From Rhynchobatus australiae (lineage: Eukaryota): a stretch of DNA of 64,000 bases. The DNA lies in the NCBI GenBank assembly GCA_034780895.1, contig JAUZTB010000107.1, forward strand, positions 78,322,090-78,386,089, written 5' to 3'. Shown here one piece after another: positions 25,317 through 40,300 of this stretch. The notes beneath the pieces were generated by a model that did not search any database, was not told where the DNA came from, and saw only the letters and a list, made by a program, of their open reading frames with translations. Every line of letters begins with the position of its first letter. The stretch's first letter is position 1. The translations under genes were made by a program, and so were the position numbers.

Positions 25317-28300
25317 GTAAAGTGCTGAATATTGCAGTTCAATTTTCTTGTTTATCTTTGGGAGGCATTTAGACTATAAGTAGTATTGCAATGTTATGAT
25401 TCAAAATGTAACAAGAACCCTTATGTCACCATTGCCTTCAACAAAATTTGTTTTACAAAAGCACTTACTGCATTATCTTTCATTCTTCTTAGTGACACTG
25501 TTATTGGCCTTTCTTTTTATGACATTGAAAGAACTGCCGCAATTGTATAATTCAATGACACAACCTGCATGCAGTTTGAGTGCAAAAACATTAGGTGGCA
25601 GCAGTTGTTCTAGAATCAAAGTAGGAGTGAAAGGCTTGTGGCTTGCAAAAATATTGCAGTTTGTAAGTAGGATAATTTATTGCAGTATTGATGTTAGTTT
25701 CTCATTGGCTGAATGTAAAATCATTTTTACCACTTGTAAAGTTAGCTGCACTAAATTTCTAGCTGTGCTCCTTAAGTAGCCTACCCCATAGAGTTCTCTC
25801 CTTGGTTCTAATTTCAATCTTGGGAACAGCTCCAACCATATCGCTCGACCCTCCTTAGTGTGAGTGAAATCATTACTGGATTTTCACTTTTCATGCAGCA
25901 GCCTTGTAACATTTCAGTGAAAGTTTCTGAAAATTTAGTTAAGTATTTCACAAGTCCTTCTCACCCATGTTTGGTTTGGTTTCATTTCCCTGATTCTAAT
26001 TAAAATCACATTTTTAACAACTGAGTTAGTCTGTTTATGAGCCAGTATATCAATAATGAAATTTATTACTACATATTCAGTTGGTTAACACAAATTGTTC
26101 CAGTGTTACACAAGCTTTAATAATTTTGTGAACAAAATATTATTATAAGCAACAAGTAATGTTGTCATGATCTTAATTTGGATCTCTAAAGGCAAGTCAT
26201 GCCTGACAAATTTGAGTGAATCTTTTGAAAAGAAAGTTATAGTGGACAAGAAAATGCATATGGATTTCCGGAAGCCACTAGATAAAAGTTTATCATGAAA
26301 GACTGATAAATGTAGTTAAAGATCATAGAAGCGAAATCAAATTATTCACCTGTTGAGGAAATTGGCTGAACCACAAAAGGCAAATAATAGGGGAAAACAA
26401 GCAAGCATTCAGATTGGCAGCACCTGGTATCTTGATGGCTTGAGGGACTAACTAACTTCCTCCTTTTCCTCTTTCTGTATATGTGCAGCCTCAACTGTAC
26501 ATTGACTTAAATGATGTGGAAGGAAGCTATGTAGTGACCAGAGGCCTGATACCGTAGTTCATTACTGGAATTTAGTGGGAACCTAAATTCTAGTAATGAA
26601 CTAAATCTAGAATTAAAAGCCAATATCATGAATGGTTGCCCGAAACCACTGAATTACACTTTTTTCCTCTCTGCATCATTACTGCCTAACCTGCTGAATG
26701 TTTCCAACATTTTCTGATTCTGAATTTAACAAATAATACAATTAAGCAAAACAGTGGGAAATGGATTTCGGTATTGGGTATGTGAGGCCAATCACTTTGA
26801 CCCCAAGATAAAAATATTCTTTATAAATATCCTAGAGCTAAAAGTGGCAGAGGTTAAAGTATCTTGGATCCAGAAATGTAGATCATTAGAATGTCTTGGA
26901 CACTTACAAGAAAGATGATGTCTGGTACGAGGGATAGATGTTATGTTGCAGCTATGCAAAGCCCTGGTTGAACAACACTTGAATATTTTAAGCAATTTGA
27001 GGAACATTATTGTTTTTAGATGGAGTGCAGAACAAATTTATCAGAATGGACTCCAAATGTTTAAATTATGAGCAAAGATTAGGCAAACTATGGCTACATT
27101 CCCAGTAATTTAGAAAATTAAGGGATAATTGAATTGAACATTTCAGGGCAACAGTTTATGTTGAGAGAAACTATTTCAGCTGGTGGAGAATTTAGGAATG
27201 GGGGTATATTTACGAATAGGGGCTTTCAGGTTGAAATTGGGAACTGTAGTATGTGTATATAATAAGTGATAGAAACTTGGAATACTTTTTTTAAACAGTA
27301 ATTGATTACCTTTCATTTGTTAATTTTAAACAAGGTAATAGATTTTTGGTGACACCAGAGACTACAGATGTGAAATTTGAAGCAGCAGACAATCCGCTGG
27401 AGGAACTCAGTGGGTCAAACAGCATGGTGGGGGAGGAATTGTTATCATTTCAGGTCAAAACCCTGCATGGTTCTGATGTTTGTTGTACTAGAATTTTGGT
27501 AACCAATTTAGGGATATGGGGAAAATATTATTATATAGATTTACGGTACAGATCATCAATAATCTTTCTGAAGAACAGAACAGCCTTGATGGATCAAATA
27601 ACCTCTTCCTATTCCTCTCTGTGTGCAAAAGGTCTGCAGATATTTAGTATAATTCAACAGAGTATGTTATATGGTCTACTTTAAAAATGGCATAATTTTA
27701 TTTTTGTCATAATGCACTCCCTGCTTGAAATTTTATCTGGACTTTGAGCTTGTTACAGAATCATGAGCGTTTACGGCACGAAAAAGGATCTGTTGACGCA
27801 TCACACGTATGCTAGCCCTATGCTGAAGTTGTCCACAACTGACTGCACTGACCCTCTAATTTTCCACCTTTCTCTGCTTCAAACCTTACTCCACTTTCTG
27901 TGTAAAATGGATAATGGTCTCTGCCTATGCCACTTGCAGTATCAAAGCATTTCATTCTTTGTGAATTGCCTTACAGAAATGACTTTTAATTGCTTATTAT
28001 TTGGCAATTTTTATACATCTCTCTCATTATTCATCGGCCCTTTGCTATTCATTCTAATGACACCAATCATAAAATACTAAATTATCAAATGCAGCTTACT
28101 ATGCAATCTTGATGTTAGCTTTTTTCTTATGATTATAGCTGCTCCATTTGTTACCTTTTCCCTTGTTTGCAAAACCACTCATTGTCTCACTTCTCACACT
28201 TAAAAAGAATATATTTTTTCAAGCACATAATCAAGTCATATTCCTGCACAAGAGCTCACAGAATGGGTGGGGGAAGAATGTGTTAGTGTCTGAATGTGGA

Positions 28301-31300
28301 TTGAAGTCTGCTATCACATAAAAGACAGAATAAATGGATTTTTTCTCAGACTGGAAAGATGTAACTGATGGAATGCCACCAAGATTAGCTCTTGGCCCCC
28401 AGTTGTTTACTATCTATCTTCATGAAATGGAGGAGAGGCAGAATATAGAGTTTGCTGATAACATGAAAATAGTTGGGAGGACATACTATGATGAGGATAT
28501 CTGGACTCTGCGACAAGACGTATAGATTGAGTGGGTGAAAACTTAACTGCAGTTTAATGTATGAAAGTGTGTGGTCATGCACTTCCATAGGAGGAATCAA
28601 GAGGCAGAATTGTTATCTAAATGTACAGTCTATAAATGAGTGGGAAACAGAGGGATCTAGGTGTTCTGCATGAATCACAAAGTAAGCATGCAAGTGCAGC
28701 AAGTAATTGAGAAGGTAAAGAGCATATTGGCCTTTATTGATAGGGGGTTGCTGACTTAAAATAGAGATATTGTTACAATTGTACAGTGTGTTGGTAGGGT
28801 CACTTCTGCAATATTATGTACTGGTTTCGTCTCCTTATTTAAGAAAGGATATACTGGCATTGGAAGCTGTCCAGTGGAGATTCACATTCCTGGAATGGAG
28901 TGGGTTATCCTATCATGATCAGCTAGAAAGTTAGATCTCTATTCTCTGGAGTTTAGAAGAATGAAGAATGACCTTATTGATACATGAGGTCCTAAGTGGG
29001 TATGCCAACATACTATATGGTGAGGTGTTTCCACTAGTGGAAAAGTCGCAATCAAGGAGTCATAGTTACTAAAATAAAGAGGGTGATTTATTTAAAGCTG
29101 TGGTGCATAGCATTCTCTATCCCAGATGTTTGTAGAGGCTGGATCACTAGAGGTATTTCTAGAGGAGATGGGTGCATTTTTAAAAGATTAGTGAATTGAG
29201 GGCTATGTGGAACTGACACAGAAGAGGGGTTGAGGCCTGGTGCAGATTAGCTATGGTCATATTGAATGGTGCAGTGGGTTTGAGTGGTCAGGTGGCCTGC
29301 TCCAGTGCCTATTCTGTTGTGTTCCTTTGGCACTCCTCAGATCATTCTCTGCATGGTTTGTTCCTTATCTGCTATTTCTTTCATCTTCGTTCCATTTTCT
29401 TCCATGAACAAATGTGTCAAAATGTGAATAAAACCAGGCTTATCAATGTGTTGTCTGAATTATTTTTGGAATGATTTATTTTTCTGCAACAGTCATCATC
29501 CCTGTACACTTTTCGTTTTCATCTCCACCATTATTTGTAAAATATAATGCAAAAAAACATTTAATTTCTCCAGAGAATCCAATCCTTTACATCTGAACAG
29601 CTCAATTTGATATTAGCTATTATTTTTTTTCTATACAAATGGAAATAGTAAGGGTATTGTTATCTTGCTATTTTTCATATCCCTTTAATCCTTCTATCTA
29701 ACTTTTAATGTCCCAACTGAACTGACTGTACCCTTATGATTTTCTTTAGCATTGTTGATTATAACTTTATTATATGCTGACATTTTAGTTTTAGTTTTAA
29801 TTTAACATAGAGTACAATACATTTGTATTCTATCGATCTCCAATTTGAAAATGTTTCCACTGATGATCAATCTGTGAATTTGCTAATTCCACTACCTAAT
29901 AATTTGGGTAAAATACAAATCTTGCTTAACTTTTTCTAGTCTCCAAATAACACCTTATTTTTGATTCTTTATTATCCTTTTGTTTTATTTAATTGTATTG
30001 AATAATGTGGTTGTTCCTTCATAGTTGTCTCATTCTGTTATCAGTTATTTGACCTCACTGCAGCAATGCTTGATTTCTTGTTAATCCAGAAATAGAAGAG
30101 AGTCAGAAAGGCATTTCCCACATGTAAAAAAACAAAATTTGTTGCTTTGCANNNNNNNNNNNNNNNNNNNNNNNNNNNNNNNNNNNNNNNNNNNNNNNNN
30201 NNNNNNNNNNNNNNNNNNNNNNNNNNNNNNNNNNNNNNNNNNNNNNNNNNNNNNNNNNNNNNNNNNNNNNNNNNNNNNNNNNNNNNNNNNNNNNNNNNNN
30301 NNNNNNNNNNNNNNNNNNNNNNNNNNNNNNNNNNNNNNNNNNNNNNNNNNNNNNNNNNNNNNNNNNNNNNNNNNNNNNNNNNNNNNNNNNNNNNNNNNNC
30401 AGAACACCTGAACGGCTCAATTTGATATTAACTATTTTTTTCTATACTTAAATAGAGATAGTAAGGGTGTTTTAAGATGGTGGACAAACTTAAAGTGTTA
30501 GGGATAAGGGTGACATAAACAGAATTTAAAGGCAAGGAAGTTAGGTTAAATACATAAATGTAAATTGGCCTTGGTTGGAACATTACCTTCACTTCTTGAG
30601 TACCATCTCTGAGGAAGGAGTTGAAGATTTTGGAGATTTTACAGAAGAGATTAGAATGGTCCTGGCAGTGACATCGCAGATATGTATATGTACTGTAGAA
30701 GCTGAGATTGTGTCTTCAGAGCAGCAAGGACTTGGTAAAGATTTAATATTGTGTTTAAGATCACAATAGATTCAGACAATGGAGAATAGCAGCCAGTATT
30801 GCTCAATGAGGTCATAACGTCATGAGGATTTAAGATAATTGGCAAAACAGCAGTTGGGATTTGGTTGCTCTGCCTGCTGTTGCTAAGGTGGCAGATACAG
30901 ATTCTGTAGTAGCCTTCATAAGGGGATTGGCTAAGTACTCGGAGAAAACAAAATACATGGTGCTAAGGGAAAAGAGCAAGATTCTTTGAAAGAACCAGAA
31001 CAGACTTTATGGAACTAATTGCGTCATTCTCTGCACTACTGTTATTTGTGTACAAGGTTAATACCAATTGTTACTCTGTTGTATCATCCCAATCAAGAAG
31101 CCACTTATAAATACGGAGGCTGCTTTTCCACAAGGCCTGAACTGAAATCAAGCTCTTCTGAAAATGTTGCATGTGTTCTTTGGTGCAATTGCATTTATAG
31201 ATGTCTGTCACATAGTGTACAAACTCATTCATCGTATACAAGAAATGTTACAGGACCTGATTGCTTAGTTTTAACATATAAACAAAATAATCATACTTTT

Positions 31301-34300
31301 TTTAATGGCATTACAAGTATCTACTATGGAAAAAGTTCCAGATTTTTCACTTCCATATTTTAAAATTTCTACTTTTAGATTTTCTGTTTTTCTGGGGGAT
31401 AGTTTTCCTGGTGACAACAACTTTGGTTATGGTTCTTAAAAAGGAAAACAATGGACGAACGCCGTTGCATCATGTTGCTCAGCAAGGAATCAAGGAAACA
31501 TACAAGTCGCTCATCTGTATAATAAGGATGCCTGCTATCTTAAATTTCTGCATCCTTCTGCTAACATCAAAAGTAAGATAATTTAACTTAAATATTTTAA
31601 AAGTCACTCGGAAACAATACCGCACCTTAAGATTAATTAAAAAAAAACACAATATATGATACCTTTATCTGTTGTTTCTAATTTGCATTTGGTTTGTTGC
31701 TTCTAATATAGAACTTAAACTTGCCATATGCAACAGTATTTCCATTGTAACTGATAAAGATGTTTTAAGAAATAGTCCTTGATATATTTTAAAGTAGTTT
31801 GATTTTTATAGGGCAAGTAGGGATGGCCAATAAATGCTTTCCTTTCCACATGCCAAAAATGAAGCTGGTTTATCACAAATAGAATTTAATATCTCCTCTA
31901 CCTATGAGTATATCAACTTTTAATAACTGAAGATTACTTTTGAACAAATATGCAGTCCAGTTACATTTAACATTGGTCTCTGGTCTCTGGTAATCAGTTT
32001 TTTAAAAATTCAATGTTTTTCCTGAGAACCTAAAGAAATGGCGTAATTTTTAGACCCTCCATAAAGGCTCACAAATGTACCAATTTTTGGAAGCCTGTAA
32101 TGGTAATTAATGCCATTTGGGTTATGGCCAACTTTTAGCTTGAGTTACAATAGTTATTGCACCAAACATAATTTGTACTTAAAATTCTGCAATCCATTCT
32201 GCCAGTTTCACTAATGTTAGATAAATTACGGTGAGACGAAAGTTGAACGGAAACTTCATGTCAATAGATGTAGTTACAATGTTTTATACCATTACGTGTT
32301 GTGATGTTTTTTGTTAAAAGAGGATGAGCTTTTAGATTGAACCGTTATTTTTTTTCATGTGGATGTAAAACCAATCCCTAATTGAAAAGAAGCTTCATAT
32401 TACTGTGGAAATTTATCTTTGGACTAGCAGGACAAGTTCAGCAAGCACCATGTTTTCTTGATATATTTGGGTTGTGCTGAAACTACATTGTACAAATTCT
32501 CTGGCATGTAGTGAAGGTGCGCTAACAATGCTATTCAGCAAGCAATTTCAGAATTTTGACCTAATGACAATGAAGAAAAAGTGACATTTTTTAACTCTGG
32601 GATAATAGGTAATATGAACGGTGGTGGTGCTGTCATGCAGCTGCTTTCCGTGTCTTTATAGGTGGTAAAGGTTGTGTGTTTGGAGGTTCTGTTGGGGGAA
32701 AAAAAACCTTGAGTTGTCCAATGTATCTTGATGATGGTACACATTGTGGCAACAATTCTATGGTGATGAAGTTGATATTTAATGGCAAGGATGAAGTGCT
32801 AATGAAGCAAGTTGTTGTATCCTAGATTTGTAGAGTTTTTTGAATGCTTTTAGAGGTGCTATCATTTTGGCAGTTGGTGATTTGCCTTGTGCATGGTGGA
32901 AAGGCTTTGGGAAGTCAAGATGTGTAACTTGCCAGAAATACTCTTGTAGAGCTTTGTGGTTGATCCAGTTAAACTGATGACTTTCTCCCAACCCCCCACA
33001 TCCCATGCCAATGTTAAGTGCTCCCTTAGTGCAAATTGTTTTTTCGTGTTTGCTGCTTAATCCTGATGACTTTAATTTTAATGATGCAGCTTGATATGGT
33101 CAAATGCTGCCTCGATATCAGGGGCTGTCACTGTTGCCTCACCTCTGGAATTGATTTCTTTAGTCCATGTTCAAACCAAAATTGTAACAAAATCTGGAGT
33201 TGAGTAGTCCTGTTGGACTATGAACAGAGTATTAGAGCAAGTAAAAAAAAAAAATCAGAAAATGTTAGAAATACTCAGGTCAAGCAGCAGCCATGATAAG
33301 TATGCTCTTTCATTTCTTGATATCTGATGGAGGTAATCAATTTGGATGAAGATTTGTCTCTGTGATGGTGGTAGCTCAGAAGAAGGCTTTTGCCAAAAGA
33401 TGATTGTCTTTTGGGCCTCCATGTTGATTTTTGTTGTGTTTAAAGCTGGTATTTCTGGAGTCTTCTCGTGTTAATCACTTAAATGTCTATTACCATTCAG
33501 AACTGGAAGTGGCAGNNNNNNNNNNNNNNNNNNNNNNNNNNNNNNNNNNNNNNNNNNNNNNNNNNNNNNNNNNNNNNNNNNNNNNNNNNNNNNNNNNNNN
33601 NNNNNNNNNNNNNNNAGTGGCAGGACCAGAGAATTTAGAGTTGATGCTTTCTTTTGGGACTGCTGAGCTTCGGATGTTGTGTGTTGCTTCCCCTGTTCAG
33701 TTTGCCTTTGATAGTGTGTTGTAGTTTCACCAGGTTGGTCCATCATTTTTAGGAACTCTTGATGACTGATTCTAGCATATTCTTCTGCACTCTTGTCAAA
33801 CAGGTTTGGTTTCCTAGTTCGATGGTAGTCACAGAGTGAGGGTTATGCTGGGGCATGAGGTTTATAGATTGCAGTGGAATAAGATTCTGCTACTGCAGAT
33901 CCCAGCAATTCATCGATGCTTGGTTTTGAGCTGTGATTTTGTTCTAAATCTTTCCCTTTTTAGTACAGTGTTAATTACACAAAATATAAAGAGTTATTTA
34001 CTGTAAAGGCTCACAAAGACTCCTAGAAATACTGTTGTGGACAGACTGAAAGGAATATCAGAGACATTTTCTCTTTGCGTCGATTTTTCTAACCAGTTAT
34101 TACAGGCCCAATCTGGCAGCAATATCTTTTGTAACCTGGCTAACAAAGTCGGTGTCGGTCCTACTGAGCCACTTTGATGATGGATCTGAGAGGCCTTCCC
34201 AGAGTTAGTTTTGTACCCTTTGTTACTCATGGTGTTCCTTCTAAGTGGTGTTCAACATGGAGAACTAATCATCAATGGGAAGCTGATGTTTATTAATCAA

Positions 34301-37300
34301 CTGGAAATTTCCTTGCCTGCAATCTGATGCTGTGAAAAATCTGGTGGTGCTTTGAGGACTCCCTTGGCCATTTGTTTCTGTCTNNNNNNNNNNTCCTGCC
34401 CTGCTGGTGAGAGGGAATACAGCTAGGGATAAGATGGAAGAGACTTGGAAGTTTCTAAGGGTGTGACTGAGACAGGATGTTTCAGTTTTGGCACATCCAC
34501 GGGACTGTTATCAATTCCTTTCAAAATCCTAAAATCCTTATTCATATCACTGGATGGCTTAACTTCTGTACATAGAATATTGTCCTAGTTTATGTAATCA
34601 CTTTTGGCATTTCAAATGATATCTACACAATCCCTCCAATTTGACTTCTAACCACCCAGGCATTCCTCAAACCAGGTCAATAATTTACCTTAAACTTCAT
34701 AAATTATAATTTGGAATCTTAATCAAATGCCTTCCTTGTGTCTGTATAAATTGCATTTGTAATTATTCTCTCTTCAGCTATACTTCCTCAAAATTGCTTT
34801 ACTACATGAGAAAGCATATTGAATTCCACTGAGTATGCAATGACCAACTTACCTTTATGGTAATTCTTCGGTTTACATGAACTTTTAAAAAATCATGTAT
34901 CAGAAATCATTTGTTCCAACTTGTCACTCAACGAGTTCTTGAAGCCATGACCTTTACTGAATGTACTCCAAGCTTGCTGGCATTTTCAATCTGAATTATA
35001 ATCTTTATATCATTGGGAAATGGCTTCAAGGCTTGTAGCTCCAATACTCAAGTTATTTCAATTTTTTTAATATATTTTTCAAAATCTTAATTGCTTTACT
35101 TCAGACAAATTAAANNNNNNNNNNNNNNNNNNNNNNNNNNTCAATTAAGATTCTTTGTACCTGTTACCTTGTATCTTATTCCAAAAAGATGATGATTTGC
35201 TTTTGTTGCATTCTTAATATTCACTCAGTTAAACTGGCTGCAGTTTGAGATAACAGTAAAACACAATATTAATATAGAACAAAATGATAAAGCAATATAT
35301 TCTTTCCATTTTATCATTGCAGAGAAGAGGTATCAATACAATCATACAAACCATGGGTATTAGATAGCTGTAGTATCAGCTCATTCTTATTTGGCGGTAG
35401 TTTCTTTCTAGTAAAAACATTGCATTCCTGTCAGCTCTGTGTTATCCAGAGAGTGGTTTGAGTACAGAATTTGCTGTAACAATGAACAGTGGGGTAAATA
35501 TCACAGTGCTTTTATGGGAAAGGAAGTAAAAATGACAAGAAATTCTTTGTGAAATTGCTCCTCTTTGAATGTTGATATTAAAGCAATTTTTATTGCCACC
35601 ATCAAATTAAATATTCTAGCCTAGAAGAATGTTCTGGTGATGCCAGTTACAGGAAGCTTCATTCAGGATCCCAGAATATAACAAATTCCAGAAGTTGAGT
35701 GAGTCTGGAATAGTTTTAGAATACTCTGATATACTCTCACAATTTGTGATGGAGCTGGTGCAGAATGTTGCACCGCATGAAAATGAATGTGCAGGTTAGA
35801 AACTTTCAAGTTAAGTTTGGACTTGCTATGCAAATAATAAATCCATTTCTGACATCATAAAATTGTAAAAATGGTTCCCTTCAATTATATGGATCCATGT
35901 GAGTGCTCATACACTCTGTGAGCTTCCTCCTATCCTTGATCCAACCCCAGAAACATCCTAATTTCAGAAATTTGATTCAGTACATGGGATGGGGAGTTGG
36001 GGGATAGTTTGAGCAAGAGAATAATTTTTGGGTGTTAATATACCTTGCATCAATTAATATTAAACCAACCAAAAGTTATACTATCATGTACTATGTACTA
36101 GAAACGAAATAATCTTTAATCTATTTTCACTCTTATGCTGTAAATCCTAAATATTTATTCTCTGGTCCTCTAATTTCAGTAGTACATTATGATTAATTAG
36201 GAATTTGCCATGAAAAGTATTCAAACACAGCTACACAATGGCTACACAATCATGTGTTTTTAAAAAAAAGTTCAATTACAAGAGCAATTGAGTGCTATTG
36301 AAACACATTGTAATGACAGAAAGTTGGCATGGATGATACTTCAGTAGTAAATATTTGAATTGTGCCTTATTTGAAAACATTTTAATAACTTCGTATTTTC
36401 TAAATCATGTAGGAAATGCTTTTATTTAAAATAATGTGTTAAAGCTTTTAAATTTTTGGCATAATTTTATAAAATCTATTAATATTTCCATTAAACGTAT
36501 ATTTACAGATTGGTTTCTCAGCTGCTGATGAAGTGACTGGACTGAAGTTGATTGAAATGGGTGTGCCTAAAGAACAGTTGGCTATACTCGCAGTACCCAT
36601 GGTTCCTCTGCAGATATTGCTACCACTTGCAATAAGTAAATATACAGCAGGCCATAAGCCACTGAATGTTTTTTATTGGGCGATGCCATTCAGGTAATGT
36701 ATGATTTTCTTTCTCCTGTCAAACTAGCAGGAGGGTGGAGGGTAGATGGCAGCAGGAGACAACTGAATGCCGGAAACAAAAGTACTTTATTTTAACTTGG
36801 ATGTCATGCAAGGAACCTACAGAATTTGAGTTCCTGATGCCTCTTTGTTGCAATTCTATGAAAACTTTTCCATTATAACTTCTATTGGTGTGCTGGGGAG
36901 ACCATCCTGACATACAGCATTACTGCTTGGTATGCCAGNNNNNNNNNNNNNNNNNNNNNNNNNNNNNNNNNNNNNNNNNNNNNNNNNNNNNNNNNNNNNN
37001 NNNNNNNNNNNNNNNNNNNNNNNNNNNNNNNNNNNNNNTAGGCAAGGGAGTGCCATTGTAATTTCGTTGTGTTGTTGTCCTGCAACAGTACAATGACAAA
37101 TAAAGAAATCTTGAAATAAATTTCTATGACTGCTTTTCAATAAGTATAGTACAAATGCAGGCATTAATTTGGCACCCTATGAAGTGTTTTATCTGCAGAG
37201 TAATCATTGAAGTGTATTACCCCAAATCATTCCTTCAACTTTTCCTCTCTCTAATTGAATGTGGTTTTTCTCCTTAAAAAATTGTTTTGTATAAAATATT

Positions 37301-40300
37301 TTATTTGAAGGCTTGAGTCATTCTCTTAAAAAAGTAACCTAGGACGTAGTTAATTAGGAAATAATCCTCCATGGGTAACACTCAACATCGTAATGCACTT
37401 GTGAAACTAATTTCCATTGCTTCTGAAATTGGGTTCCATTGTAGTTAGAGTATAATGATCAGCTGCTGATGTTACACATCAAGAGAAGTTGCATTTCTGT
37501 GATCTAAATCCAGATTGTCCAGTCTTGCCAGTTGCCTTCTATCCAGTTTCCCAGGATATACCAGGAGCTTGCAAAAGACAATGCTTTGTTAAATGAAATT
37601 TCGTTAATCATAAACATTGGGCAAAGTACAGTATATTCTTGTGTGTGAAAAGTGGTGAGCTATTTGTTACTGTGGGGAGGAAAAAAATTACCTACCCCAA
37701 AGGGTCAATGGCATTATAGTGAAATTTTGTACTGTACTGAAGGAAGTCATACCAATGTACATTTTAACAATCAATTGAATCGATCTGTTAAATTAGCAGA
37801 ATCAAAGGGAGGTGCTTATCAATCTTTCATTTTTACTTCAGTTGTGCCTCCTTCCTTATGAACAAATTCATTTCAAATGAACTAGAATGTGTTTCCCCAT
37901 CTCAGATCAATATCCACTAAATGGTTGTTTAGGCATCCCATTGTTGTTTGTTTGTGATAGAATTTAACACAATGAAAAAAATAAGGGTAGTAGCTTTATG
38001 GATTTATCTAATTTTCTCTTCCCATATGGTGGACATATTCAACTGGACCTAATGCTGGTTATTGTCAGAAACTGTATCAAAATTCATCAGTATTAGTAAG
38101 ACATTTGCTAATATAAAATAAAAATAGAGAATCTTGCATAAGGATTCTGATGAAGGACCTCGGAACTGAATGTTAATTCTTTTTCTCTTTCCACAGGTGC
38201 TAGCTGACCTTTTGTGTTTTCTATCTTTATTTCAAATTTTTAGCTCATTGTTTTTTTTGAAGGAAATTTGGTAAACTTGCAACTTACTGTAGGAGATAAT
38301 GGAATGCTATTAATCTATTTTTGTTTTGGATTTACTTATTAAATATACTGGCCTATTCTTCTGCAGTGATAATGAAGCTGCACTCCAGTATGAAAAGTTG
38401 GTTTATAATGTTTATCCTAACATAATTACCATAAGGCATAGGCTGAATGGCCTAATTCTGCTATCGTCTGCTCCGCCATTTGATCATGCCTGATTTATTT
38501 TTCCCTCTCAACAACATTTTCCTGCCTTCTCCCCTTAACCTTTTTTCGCCCTCACTAACCAAGAACTTATCAACCTCCACTTTAAATATACCCAATGACT
38601 TGGCCACCACAGCTCTCTGTGGCAATGAATTCAACAGATTTACCACCCTCTAGTTAAAGAAATTCCTCCTCATTATCAGTTCATTTCAATAAAGGGACAT
38701 CCTTTTATTCTGAGGCTACGCCCTCTGGTCCTAGACTCTCCCACGACTGGAAGCATCCTCTCCATGTCCACTCTATCCAGACCTTTCAATATTCATTAGG
38801 TTTCAATGAGATATTCCTTCATTCTTCTAAACTCCAGTAATTATAGGCCCAGAGCCATCAAATACTCTTCATGTGTTAACCCTTTCACCCCAAGAATCAT
38901 TCTTGTAAACCTCCTCTGGACCTTCTCCAATGCCAGCACATCCTTCCTTAGATATGGGGCCCAAAACTGCTCTCTCAGTACTCCAAATGTGGTCTGACCA
39001 ATGCCTCAGCATTTCATCCTTGCTTTTATATTCTAGCCCTCTCAAACATTGGAGAGAGTGCAGAGGAGATTCACCAGGATTTGCCAGAGTTTGATCCAAG
39101 TTTATCCCTGGGTTTCAGTTATGAGGAAAGTGTGAATTGGCTGGATTTGTTTGCCTTGGAGAAGAGGAGGTTATAGAGTTACACAACACAGAAACAGGCT
39201 CTTTAGCACAACTCATCACCCTGACCAAGGTGTCTATCTGAGCTAGTTACATTTGCCTACGTTTGGGCCATATCCCTCTTAGCCTTTTCTATCCATATAC
39301 CTGTCCAAGTGTCTTTTAAAAACATTGTAATTATACCCAACTCTATAGCTTCCTCCGGCAGTTTGTTCCATATGCCCATCACCCTCTGTGTGGGAAAAGT
39401 TTCCCCTTGGGTCCCTTTTTAGATTTTTTTCCCTTCTTGCCTTAAATCTATGCCCTCCAGTTATAGACGACTCTACCCTGGGGGAAAAAGACTGTGACCA
39501 TACACTTCATCTACTCCTTTTTATATACCTCCTGTAATGTCACCTCTCAGCCTTCTACACTCCAGGGGATAAAAGTCCCAGCCAATTGAGCCTCTCCTTA
39601 TAACTCAAGCCCTCCAATCCAGGTGACACACATGTGAATCTTTTCTGCACCCTTCCCAGCCTAATAACATCCTGCCTATAGCTGGGCGATCAGAATTTAA
39701 CATAATGTCTCCAAGTGTGATCTCACCAATGACTTGTACAGTTATAACATGATGTCCCATCTCCTGTACTCAATGCCCTGACTGATAATGGGAAATGTTA
39801 AATTGGGGACCAGATAATACAAAATTATCAGGGGCATAGACAGGGTTAGTAGGAAATTTATCCCAACAGCAGAAGTGTCTAAAACTAGAGGAAATAGGTT
39901 AGGCTAAGTGGTAAGAGGCTTAGAGGGAATTTGATGAACTGTATCACAGGAGGGTGTTTGAAATCTGGAATGCATTACCTGAGGAAGTGATGGAGGTAGA
40001 GAGACCCGCATTTAAGAAATAATTAGAGGAGTACTTGAATTACCAAGGCGCAGATGTCCATGAACCGAGTGCTAGAAATTGGGATTCGTAAAGATGAGTA
40101 CTTGAGGTTATCATGGACATAGTGGGCCTATGAGCTTTGTGGCTCTATTCATCTGAATTATAACTTCTTTTTGTATTGTGAAATGGTGTCCAATGACAAG
40201 TGTGTGTCAGTCTGTACCTATTAAGTGAAACATGGCAATAATAATATAACTTTAACAATCACAGTTACATTTGGTAGTTTTGAAACTTAATTATAATATG

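Noticed and set aside
25396-25779. 127-aa ORF following the first SLC33A1 coding exon
   Set aside because: Intronic, with no homology or splice support
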